From the NCBI GenBank assembly GCA_963924565.1, contig OZ004609.1, forward strand, positions 16,182,001 to 16,246,000: DNA of 64,000 nucleotides, written 5' to 3'. Positions 1 to 12,300 of this stretch are shown piece after piece. Made by a program: the position numbers and the translations under genes. Below the pieces are notes generated by a model. It made no database searches, had not been told where the DNA came from, and worked only from the letters and a program-made list of their open reading frames with translations. Each line of letters starts with the position of its first letter. The stretch's first letter is position 1. The DNA is from Ascidiella aspersa. Lineage: Eukaryota.

Positions 1-3000
1 TTCAAAGCAGAATATCGGCAACTCATTCATAATGCTTGCTTTCAATGCGGCGTTAGCTTTTTTTCGGGCGACCAATTCATTCGCGATAAGCTTCGCCTAA
101 TAATCAAGTGTCAATAGGGTGTATTTACCGCCGCAAATTTAAATGCGAAATCTTGAGGCAGTCTACGCCTCTCTGTTAGCACCTGTCGTGCACTTGCTCC
201 AACCAGCATACCAACATCAGGCCTAAACATGTAGCAAAACTTTCGATTTAATAGTTTGCGTATTGAGAACATAATAATGACTTTCATATTGTTTGAAACT
301 ACAGATTTAAAGCCTGTTTTAACAGTGATTGCTCGGACCAAGCCATGGTAAAAAATACCGTGTAAAAGTTTGCAAAAGTATAGCAAACCATAGGCGTTAA
401 ACCATTTTTAGTCTTTAAGAGAATAATAATATTTGCTTTTCAAACACGTACCCTGGTCAAAATTTAATAAAATGACCATACGCATTATCTACGTAAATTC
501 TATTTATCAAATATATGTTTCGATCATTCCCCAAATTCTACGCCATATTTGAACCCCTTTCGCATCAAAGGCATATTTTAAGTGGGGAAGTTTTCGGCCC
601 GTATCTATTTTTGCTTGCAGAAACAAGTTAAGGAAAATGAAAAACAAAATATATAATATAAAGTACACAATGTACAAAATATTAAAAAAAAAATTGAAAA
701 AAAAACAAAAAAAAATTAAAATAAAGTAAAAATTGAAAATAAACACCAAGCCCTGAAAATATACCCCCTGACAAAATATACAACAACCGCACAACCCGTC
801 TAGTTGCACTCTATTTTAACAGTTGATATGTCATTGGATTTTTTAATTGGCTCAGCTTAGAAAGGCCCACGTGCCAAATGTGGTCCTGGGAGCCTGTCGA
901 ACTATATTTTTTGCCAACTTAAACTGCATGTAATTGAAAAAAAATCGTTTTACAGTATGTTTTAGACTGATATGGCAGTGTTTTGGGCACCAAGCCGCCG
1001 TGTTATATTTCACCTTAAAATCAAATATCCTGAATCCACCATTTTTTATAGTGGGCCTTCAATAGCCCTGAAAAGAGTACTTTGGGCAAAAAGAAAGTTT
1101 TCCGACCACTGCTGTAATCAATGCCTTTAAATGTTTTAATTTTGTCCATTTTTTAGAATAGTATAATGACGTCATTTGGTGGCACATCGGGTATCTGCTT
1201 TGGAATAAAATGTCAAGTATCGGACATCCCTAGGTGTACCATATATGCCAAGCAATAGGGTAACACACAACACGTGGGCGCCAGGAACTATGACCTCAGT
1301 GTATATTACTTTTATGTTTTTGATCTCTACACAAATTTTTTGTTTAATTAAGTTCTGACTATACTAATAAAACATATAAATACTTTTTGTGTGATATTAA
1401 ATGGATAAATATAGACTTATGCTTTAAGGGTCATATAATCTATATATGAAAAGATGTTTCACTCGCTATCCCTCTAAATCTTGTCAAACACTTCGTTCGT
1501 TTAAACCAGTCGTTCCCTATCTCTGGGGTCGGCGAGGATGTTCGAAGGGCTGGTTTCTGTTAGACTCGCGCGCAACAGAAACCAAGGGTAAAAGCATAGA
1601 ATGAGTGAGCGCTAGGGCATCTGCGCGAAACGCGAAAAAATACGAATGCTTGCCAAAACTTTGGTTTTACATGGGTGACAAATTAAGCACTATAGAAAAA
1701 TCCCATATTGCTCAATACAAAGATACATCAAGATGTTTGCAATGTGCTGTGTTCGTTTGTCCTATGTTTCGATCCCTTGTTTTTTCAAAAACTTATTAGC
1801 TAAAGTCAATTAGAACAATGAAAACAAAACTGGCAAAAACATTTGCATTTCTGAGCGGATTGTTTAAAAAAATGCCTGGTTTTACGCATGGGTGAAAGAA
1901 AAATAATTTTCTTACAGGAACAATTTAAAAATTTCCTACCGGATTACATGAAGAGATGTTACGAAGTTACGTCATAAAAGGGACGTCTAACAAGTAACCG
2001 TAGGAAACATAAGGTTATCGTTGGATACCGTTCACAGTGAAGGGTTAGCACGGAATTTTTTTAACTATTGTATCAAGTTTGACCGGCCAATATATTCCAA
2101 AACCAGTTTTTGGTATAACTGACATACATTGTTTTATACCAAATGGATTTCTAGGTGATATAAAAAGTCTTCTGTTTCTTGTATTCAGTTACAATGGCCT
2201 AAATGGCAGAATACTTACTATACACACTACACGTGGTACACGTGGTTTGTCGCGGCATTAAGTACTCTTTTCAGAGTTATTGAAGGCCCGCTACGTTAAA
2301 CCACTATACGAAAGCAGGGACGGATCCAGGATTTTTGCTTTGAGTTGGGGGCATTATTTTATGACGTCACAAAGTTACGTCATAAAACAATTATTCTTAG
2401 AAACACCTGTTGTTTTCGAACGATTACTTGCGCAAATATGAAGCTAAAATTTAGTTTAATTGCGCATATCGCTCAAAAAATTGGGTTTATTTGTTTTAAA
2501 TTGGCAAAATTTTAAGTAAAGGATACGTGACGCGTATGGCCCATAAAAGGATTCGAGTATTGCTCAAAATAACGGCATTTATAGTATAATGTAACTGAAA
2601 TTGGGCTGTAAATGGATGACTTAAGTAAAAATAAAAATACACAAAAATTCCTACATTTGACGTCACAAGTTACATCATATTTTAAGTAATTTAAGAAACG
2701 TGTTGTTCTCGCACAAACCGGTGTGGTATTATGCAACTAAACCAAGTATAAAAAATAATACCTACGTCATACGTTCAAACAAGCTAAACTTCAAACGATT
2801 AGCTCATCCAAATTTTGTATAAATCTTGTCTTTTGGCCCAGATGTGTCTATTGCAGTTTTACATATTATTTCTAATTTTGTCGACTTTGTTAGATCGAAG
2901 TATTAAATAAAAAGGTAAAATACATGTTTGCGACTATGTCGGCCACAGAAGCAGCTAGAAAACCGAAGAAATTAATGAAAAAATATATTTAAAACAAAAA

Positions 3001-3710
3001 TCCTTCAAGTGATTTTGTTTAAAGATCTATTTGACAGAAACAACCTCTGTTGTTTCCACACATATTCAATCTAATATTTTTTTTAACACGAATACGAAGG
3101 AACACTGCGCACTACAGCGGGAATTGATTTTGTCGTGCCATTCTGAAAGAAGTAACTGAAGTCCGAAGCATGTTTTTTACTGGGGGAAAAGGCAGTGCTA
3201 GGCAAATAGATTGTTTATTATTTTATAAAGTACTCGATTTTGATCATAGGTTTTTTGTGTGTTTGCAGTTTTACCTTGACTGGCAGCGCTTAATTACACC
3301 TATATTGACTTAAAAAAGCAATCACGATAGTTGTAATTCCTGTTAAATCGACAAGTATGACATTCGTATGGGCATGTCAGGAGATAGCCTACCACTCAAA
3401 TACACTATATTTTTGTCTGTTTTAATTATGTAATACTCTGTGTTGCACAAACCTAATAAGCACAAAAATGCGATGCCTACTATGGCATGTTTGTTGTGCT
3501 GTGTGACTCAGAACCTTGGAAATTAATTTTCAATAAATTGGTATGTATAATTGCCTCTATTTTCGAGCATCTGATATTTTTATGCCCGATTTGATCTACT
3601 TAGTAACTTACTAGTTTTTATATTGTGAGGTACCCATAGGTGTAAGGATTAACAATAGGTTGGCTTCATCACAACTGCCTATCGGGAATCGGCTGTTTCG
3701 TCGATATTTG
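1..3710 (-). CDS. Tentative multi-exon gene running off left edge (possible membrane protein); best-supported exons 222-183 and 96-1, weaker candidates ~1327-1239 and 3710-~3633
   Basis: ttag|...|gt exons read RPDVGMLVGASARQ|AKLIANELVARKKANAALKASIMNELPIFCFE in phase; other candidate exons are hydrophobic (AHVLCVTLLLGIYG; ANLLLILTPMG). Full chain not closed. Confidence 0.35.
740..803 (+). mobile_element. 3' end of second copy of the Helitron-like family
   Basis: accccctgacaaaatatacaacaaccgcacaacccgtCTAGt vs accccctagcaaaatatacaaaaaccgcacaccctgtCTAGt at 57368-57409. Confidence 0.65.
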
Positions 3711-5772
3711 GACTTTTTTGGAAGACTCATAAAAGTATTTTAATATGCTATAGATATGAGGCTAAGTTACATAAATACACTACCAAACAAACGTTTACTG
3801 AAAGAACCCCACATATATCAAACAGCATTTTACATATTTTTCAAGTTTTTATTTTAGCGTTCCTTTGCACTGTTTGTGTGATGTTTGTATATTAGTCAAA
3901 AAACACGGCCTGTACTATAAATGATTCTACAACAAAATTAACAGCAAACGTACACCGTCATGAAAGGTTAAGAACCGCTAGTATAACGTTCCTTTTTGGA
4001 CAACAACATTGTAATAATGCCTATTAAATTATGTGTACATTTTACAGTTTTGTACGTCGTTGTGCATTTACATATTATATGTGTAAAGAGGTTTATTGGA
4101 AATGCTTAAGTCTGTCCCAAAAAAATCTTTATTTTTTTAATTTTTTTTATAGATCTGATGCATTGTGTCTACAATGTCAACAAATGTTTTACGTATTTTA
4201 TATTAATCATCCCGATCGTACTAGCATCGACCAATTAAAGAATCGATTATTACCGCTGAAAGATTAGCTGTTGTAGTAGGAAATTTCAATCCACCTTCGG
4301 CTTTTGACCAATTTGCATTCTTGCCAAATTTGGAAAAAAATAAAAAAAGGGTTTTCTCCACCTGGTTATACTTTCTGAATTTATCTGCCTAACGTTCGTG
4401 GTAGAAAATGCAATGGTCGCTCTTTCCGCCAGGGAAATAACTAAACCATTTGAAGCAGTATAACACTTATTCGAAAGTCAGAAAATAATCGACTAATCAC
4501 AAGTTTGTTGATTTATGAAGTTATACTTGTAAAACATAATATGGCAACCATGGCCGCTGCCCCTCTCCCGGAACCAACCCTTACGTTACAGCATATTACT
4601 TCACAATTTAAATTCATTTAAGAAAAAAGCAGTTAGGGTATTGATTCGGCAACAGTCTGTTCGGGCCCATTTTGTTTCAGCAATCTAAAGCTTTTGTACT
4701 CTATTACAAAATAGTAGTGGATATCAACAATATAAATAAACTCACCACAACCATTCAAGTAACCCAATAAAGACATTAGGTCAAGCAAAATCAATTAAGG
4801 TAATTCACCATTTAACGAAATAAAATTCATCTGAAGAAAAACAAATCAAAACAAATACACCTTGACTGTATAAACAATTTAAATGTATATACAACCAACA
4901 AAATAATACCAATATTTTCAATTGAATTATTTTTTTTTGGCAATATAGCTTAATAATTAAGCTAACGGTCTTTTACAACCGCATTCATATTACCTTCACG
5001 ACAGCAGCGCTCTTTCTTAGACCACCCAGGCTTAAGCGTTAGTTTACCGTACACTTCTGCCACTTGTAGGCCTGTAGGCTATATGCCAGGAAATTATTTA
5101 ACTAAGATCACATATTAGTTACTAAACAGCAATCGTTACAATATTATAAATACATTACAATTTAAAAAAAACTTCTCTAGCTTTTCTAATTTGCCCGAAA
5201 AGTAAAACAATAAGTTGCTACCATGACTTGCAATTACTGTCCAATTAATTTGGGTAATGCATTTTTTCGCATTTTGCATTAGTTTATCGTCTTCAACTTT
5301 AACAAGAAACGAACTATATGTTTTTGCTCTTCGCGTGGTCATACTTGACCCTATAGGTTCATCTTGATAAATGCCATTTCATCATAAAAATGCCATTTTG
5401 AGAAAGGCGAATGAATCATTTTTGAGAAAGGCGAATCATCAAAGTTTATTAAGATAAACGAAATTTTTTTCGAAAGCTTCGCTGCAATCTCCTTAAATAT
5501 GTTTAGGCTTTAGTTTTTAAGGGTAACTTGGCACACTAGAACAGCAGGTTTCTTAAGTTAAATTGTATGTCACGTTTCAGGTAACCTTGTGAGGTAATCT
5601 CTGCAAACGTTCATACCCATTCCCCGCAAAGAAAAAAGGGATAGATTTGCCCCTAGTGTCTCCTAAGTTTTACAACCGGTATACCCTTTCGCATTCAACT
5701 AAAACTTTACGCTAGGAAAGCGATAATAAAACTTAATCCAGAGGAATCTTGATGTGATCCAGTTTGTTCTTA

Positions 5773-6352
5773 TTAAGTTGATAAATTTGTCGACAGCTTC
5801 GGGATTTCGTAACCGAAAAGGTCGTAGTCGGGCTTGTATAGTTGTATCAGCTGATTGGTTTTAGCAATCGAAATGTTTGAAAAGAGTTTCACCACAGTTG
5901 AGTGCTTTGTTGAACTGGCCCCTGACTTTTCATATCCGACAGGATATTTAACGTTGCTCGGAGCGTTGATCCTTTTAAGAATATACCTAAAACATTGGTA
6001 TGATAAAAAAGCATATTAAATTATAGCTTCCTTCACTCTCAAAAGTATGAATCTATGAACATGTGTGTGTTGGGTATAAAATAAATGTATGCAAGTATAC
6101 GCGCAAACGCTGGTGTTTTTATTTTTAAAATAGCTTTACCTTGCGTCCTCTTCAATTGTTTCCATATGAGCGATAACGTCATACTTGACATGACACGGGT
6201 AACAGAGAGTGGTAAAATTTTGCCAGTGTCGAACCTCCACCGACTGCGCGTTTTTTGATCCGTGATTAATGATGTCCTTCGTGACGTCAGAATTGGCGGG
6301 ATCCACAATGTAGGAAATATACTCGTCGAATGTGGCGTAGAGTTTGTAATTT
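5773..6352 (-). CDS. Sulfotransferase C-terminal exons 9-10 (6352-6140, 5986-5773)
   Basis: ATFDEYISYIV...HWQNFTTLCYPCHVKYDVIAHMETIEEDAR|YILKRINAP...LYKPDYDLFGYEIP; TAA at 5775-5773. Confidence 0.92.
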
Positions 6353-9300
6353 CTGTAAAAGGTTTTGTATATATTCGACAAACATTGACTGTTAATATTT
6401 AGAGCGATTGTACACACTAATACATTTCCTAATTTGTTTATATGTGTGACCAGTTTTTTTTTTACAGTTTGGTTTTGGTGACCGCTAAGTAGTTTTAAGA
6501 AACCGCAAGTGTTTCCTTTAAATACCAAAAGTTGCAAGTCCAAAATTTGGGAAACCGCTGGAGAAATTTAGGGGACCGTTTCGGTCCCCCAAAACACCTT
6601 AAAAAAACACTGTGTGTGACTAACAGTTTTTATCTTGGTTCATTGTTGCATCACAGGGCCACCAGGCTATACCGCCCCCCCCCCCCCCTAAACCATACTT
6701 TTAGAAAATAAAATTTGCAAACTTTTTCCGTTTCACTTAAATCTGTTTAGCCCAAATGCGATATGCATTCTATAGCATCTAGAGCTGTGTGACTCATAGG
6801 CTAATCTCTAGTGCAAAGTGAAAAAGTTTGCATTTATGTAGTTAAAATGAGAAAAAGTTTCTCGGTACCAAAGCAAATTGATACCGTGCGTGCTATGTGT
6901 ATAACGTCTTTGCAATATTGCTGTAGTATCAGTAACACCTCAGATGGTTTATTATGGCTATTTTTTATAACATTAATTGTGACGTCATCTATTAAAATTT
7001 CAATGTCCCCCCTGACATAAAAACGACATTTTCAAAAAAACATAAAACATAACATTTGCGGGCAGTTGTGTGTTCTATATGTCTTAGTTGTAAAGTAATC
7101 AACTATAGTTTACCGATAATATATTTAGATTAGGGCCTAACCTTTAGGCCAATGTTTTACACGTTTTTGTAAAACATTGTTTATTTCTTCAAACCCTTCA
7201 ACGACACGTTTAACGTATCCTCTGATTTTTTTCATTTCTAATAACCTCAGAATAAGCCAAATGGCACTGTAATTTGTGCAGCTCTATAATTGAAATGAGG
7301 GTGGGGATTTAAAAATCAGTTTAATTGAGTAGGTATTCCATTCTAAAAAGCTGCTGAAAAAACCAAGGACTCCTTTGTCAGTCTGAACTCCTCTTTAAAT
7401 AACATTTTGTTAACGTAAAACTACGATAAATTATATGCGTCAATTTAGCTGTCAACTCAGGCAGGATAGCACCCGACGTTTGACAAAGCAAACAATTATG
7501 TTAACACCGTTAACCTACCTGTAATGGTAGGCTGGTGCTGTGTATATTTCTGGTGGATCCGGCCGTTTTAGGATTGTGGATTCAGGTTCGATAGAGGTAT
7601 TTGCATTTTTCCCTGTACGTTTTGAAGACAAAAACAGAATAAACGTTTTGCCAGTTTGGACAAAAAAGTTTTTGTAATCAGCAATTTGCTGTAAAACGTC
7701 TCTTCACATGATCGAAGATAAAGAAATCCTAAACTTAACCTTTAGCAATTACACCTACCGCTGCAATAGTACCATATTTTAAGATATTTTGTCGTAGATG
7801 GACAAGGGTCGCTTTGAATCCATTTAGATGTAGCTTCGACAACGCACGATGTTTTCATATTGCACGCGACCAACACAGCCGATGATGCAGTTTCTGCACT
7901 GCATTGCAAATTGTAGATAGAACCGTTTTTTGAACATCTGCAGACACAAAATAGCTCCTAAAACATAAGATAAAGGGTTGTATTTATTTTTTTTTGATCT
8001 TCACCACGAGTATCTTTTTTAATTTGTAAAGAGGATTGAAACCATTTCAAGGTCATTACATTTTTTATATTGAAAATGGAAATATAGGACCTCGTCTGTC
8101 CACGAAACAAAGAATAAAGTTGTTTTCAGCACCTAGGGGACTGTTACTAAGAAGTTTATAGGTTAAAATAAAGTTAAAATTTACATTAAAGTTAAAATTT
8201 GTTAATAAAGTCAAAATTTGTCAAATTATGACTTTTGACAAAGTTTTTGTGTTTCTTGAGAGTAGTTTATATAAATATTGTCGTGGAAGCATTGTAAATC
8301 AGGAACTGCGACACAATTAAACCATATTAACCCGTAAAAGCAGGCAAAATGTCAAAATGCCCACTTGGATCTGCAGTAACTTTTATCGCAAATTATCCAT
8401 TTTTTTTATTGGTTGTTACAAAACGCTTCCTCTTCATAAAGATCAACAGTTTGAATTTTAGGAATAGCCTACTGACATTCTGTAATACAAAAATGCCTAA
8501 GCAAGCTTAATCTATCGCCAAAAAAAACGATGCACTTTTTAAAATCCATAATACACCTTGACTTTGCAACAAAATATCACGTTTGGGTCTGAAATCGACA
8601 AAATATTATGTTTGGGTAACTGGCATCAATTCAAGGAAGAACTGTGGCCTCTACAAACAAGCAATTTAGTTAGGTTAAAATAAAGTTAAAATTTGATAAA
8701 AATAAAGTTAAATTTTTTTTTTAGGTTAAAATAAAAATGGCCCTAGTTATTACCATTTCAGTCACGGTAAAAGAGTAGTTGGGAAGCAAACTGTTCAAAG
8801 ACCATTTAGTATTCCAATCTTAAAGTGTTTTCAATTGATATGTGTTATATGGGTTCTGTACATAAATTAAAAAGTCTCCAACTCATCTGGCCTGTAAATC
8901 ATTTGTTCTGGAATTTCACAACGGCCGCTAGGTTCATTTTAAGTTAATTCACCAGGACATGTAGCCATGGTTTCAGATTCTGGAAATTGTTATTAAAATG
9001 CGTAGAACAAGTCTTTCTATAAGAAGAAGCCGAGATTATGTTACTAAAATACTTAATATATCTCAGCATTTATGAGCCGTGGCCATCGCCCCCTGGTGGG
9101 ACATGGATCAGTATTCAGGTGGCCACCATCTTTTTTATTATAATATTTTTAAACATTTTAACACAAATTTGTCGTTTGCATTATGAGTTTACAGATCTTC
9201 TCTGTGATTTTATGTGAATTATTTTTCCAATTCGTGAGCAAGGGGGTAACATGGTGTTGCGAACACCAAAACAAAGTTTTACTTTTAACTTGTCGTGATA

Positions 9301-12300
9301 AGGGGCGCACTCTTTGTCACTTATTCCCTGAACAAAACAGAGATCAGATTATATCTTAAGCTGGGTGTGATTTTCTGACCGTATTGCGCAGCCACGCCAG
9401 ACTTAAGAAATCTCAGCTAATTAATCAACCTTCAGACCTCGACCCCGGAAGCCTAACTTTCAATTTTGTTGCAAATTTCCTTTTTGAAAACATGTACATT
9501 TACACTCAGTCTGTAGGTCTAATAATTGTAATGTTGGCTTTTGATTAAGCGTTTTTATGAATATTTCAGTTCGGAACTCACTCTAACTATACGAAGTATA
9601 CAAAAATATTGTTGGTGACTTAATTCAGTCTTTATTCCCATCAAAACTTATTTGGTGTCCCAGATGGTTATGGTGCTAAATTGTTTAGAAGTTTGTTAAA
9701 TTTGTTGCTTTTTAATCTTTGTATGACAATTATCGCAATTATGTTCATACTTAGTTTGAAAGTATTGATTTGAATTGAGCAAAATGAGTATAGTTATTAA
9801 TAATACCGGATTAATACTTTACAAACTCTATAAAAATAAATAACAAGACTAATAGAGGAGCTTTTATATTTCGACCTACTTTTTTAGGGTATATAATACT
9901 TACATTTGCCTGTTTGTTCTTCCATAAAAGCTAGATCCGATGTGAATCAATTCACCAGCAGGACAACGTAATTGCCGAATGGAGCGATCACAAATCGTTA
10001 CTTCCGTCATTTTTGATATATCTAAATTTATCGGTTTTATTAAAACGTCACTGGCTCATTGTAACATATGTACATCTGGGAAGAAGGTTTGGATTCACTA
10101 TTCACTTGTCCATTTATATATTTCAAAAACATATGTCAGTGGAAAATAGCCCTTTTAAAGTTAAACATATGCCTATCTAGATAAAACATATTGTGCGGTA
10201 AGTGCGAAACTTTTATTTCTTTGAAATATTCAAGGTCAACAGTATTACTGCAACATTTAAATTTAAATTAAACTTAATAAAAGTTGTGCTTGCTGCACAA
10301 AAAACACCAAAAAAAGAATATAATTAGACGCTATTTTACCTATAATAGTCGTTATTTCAGGGGTGGACAAACTTTCAGCTCGCGAGCCGGATTTCAAACT
10401 TAGTATAGTTTAATAAAGAGCAGCATAGAGTGCATTAACATGTGGCTTATTTTCCACGATAAAGTATGGTCTGTTACGAGGGATACAACACAGATAGCTT
10501 TTATAACAGGGTCACAAATGATGACGGGTATAAGGGGTTTTTAACTAACGAAGTCATCTGAAACCACTTTAACAACCAAACATTCTTCCGGTGTGTATAT
10601 TTAAAGCAGTCGCATTGTAAAAATACGGATGAAAAACAATCCTGTACTAGAAATATGGATAATATTTTTTACCTAAATGAGGCACAGACAATATGTCGGA
10701 GAGCGACTGTTAGATTATTTAGTACCGGCTTAGTGCACGAGTAAAATATACACATGTGGCTGCTTCAAAGCTTGTTTACAGTAAATATAGTCTATATGCG
10801 TACTTTTTCCAATGTTAGATTGATTTATAATAACGTGAATCGTATTTCATTTATTTTATTTTTGTTTTAAAGTTGTCTGATTCGTCACTTACTTTAACAC
10901 TTATAGGTGGTACAGGGTAAACTGAACTAAACAGACCTTTACACTCGTAGATAATCTGTAGGTAGTTGGGAGCAGTCCCGCAGCCTTTTAGTGGAAAGAG
11001 TGCAGGCGATGACACAACTTCACAATTCGTCTTTCCGTCGCACAACTGTGAGACGACAAACCACGACCGCGGAGATGAACATTTGCGAACCTTCATATCT
11101 GATGTTGCGTCGTCCATACAGCTTAAAAGTATTAAAATAAATTACTTTAACAAGGCGATTCAACGCACTATGTGTTCCTCGCCTACCTCAGGGTCAGGTT
11201 GCGAACGATTGTTGAACAAATTCGTAAAATGTTTATTTACTAACAAGGTAATGATTTGATTACTGATAAAAATTGGCTTTGGATTCCTAAAACACAAATT
11301 TTATGTACAATATTAGTCTCGTAGGCATAGCATTAGGAGTACATTGGAAGCACGATGCCCCTAAAGTCTTCCTGGCGCATATTGCAACACTTTGGCGTGG
11401 GGTTTCGTAAACAAACTCGTTTATCTATGGGAGGCCACAAATCAAAGAACACATCGGTCGGGTTGAAACGTAATCGCAGATACAAATAAAAAAGTAGCCA
11501 ATGTGCAACTGAATACGAGTCTAATTACAGTTTAGGAAAGGACCTTAAAACGTTGAAGCGAATTACAATAAAACGTTTATTGAGTTTAAGTTGGCAATTT
11601 TTTTTATTTTACAAGGGACGTGACGCAATGCACAACCCAAAAAATGCACATTTATCGATTGGAAAAAATATAGTTAGATTGACCCATCAGCAGTGAGACT
11701 ATACAGGAACCTATACGGAAAATAAAAAGTTATTTTTTTATCTTGTTATAGGTTTAAGTTTCGCCTAACGCGGCATTACCAAGGTGATAAATTAGCATGT
11801 GCCTAACCAGACTACCAGTGATACCTGGGTAATGAATGGGTGACATTTTTGCTTTGTATTTTTAATGTGTAATTAAATAAGTCCCTTAAAATTAAATAAA
11901 TACTTATACTTATATCCACTTACGTTAAGCCGTCCTGTCTTCCGAAAATCGCGCTGTGAATCTTTATTACGTGTTTTTCCTGTTGGCACTCAAGCATAGC
12001 AACTTCGTGATGACACGTCACTATTTCTCGCCACCCCCTTCCCAAATCTATGGGTAGAGTGCATAACAAGTCGTTTACATGATTCAAAATAATGTTAAAG
12101 CCCATACAGAAGTAGGTATCATTTTGAAAGTTTCGAATAACTCTTTATTCATATTCAACATCTAAATGAATAAAGAGTTGTTCGAAACGTTCAAAATGAT
12201 ACCTATACTTCTGTATGGGCTTTGATATTCTTATTACGTCTTACTACAACCTCCAACCATTATGCTCCAAAATAATGTTGTATTTAGCACTTCCGTTTAG

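Noticed and set aside
507-809. 100-aa Phe/Ile-rich 'membrane protein' ORF
   Set aside because: Translation of an A-rich low-complexity tract at a transposon end.
8881-8980. Possible extra SUEL half-exon (ESETMATCPGELT*)
   Set aside because: In-frame stop after 13 codons, no good donor; exon 10021-9904 already supplies the first half of domain 2.
7519-12047. Independent lectin gene nested in a sulfotransferase intron
   Set aside because: No own start/signal peptide or stop; first and last exons are phase-matched to the flanking sulfotransferase exons, which are not phase-compatible with each other.
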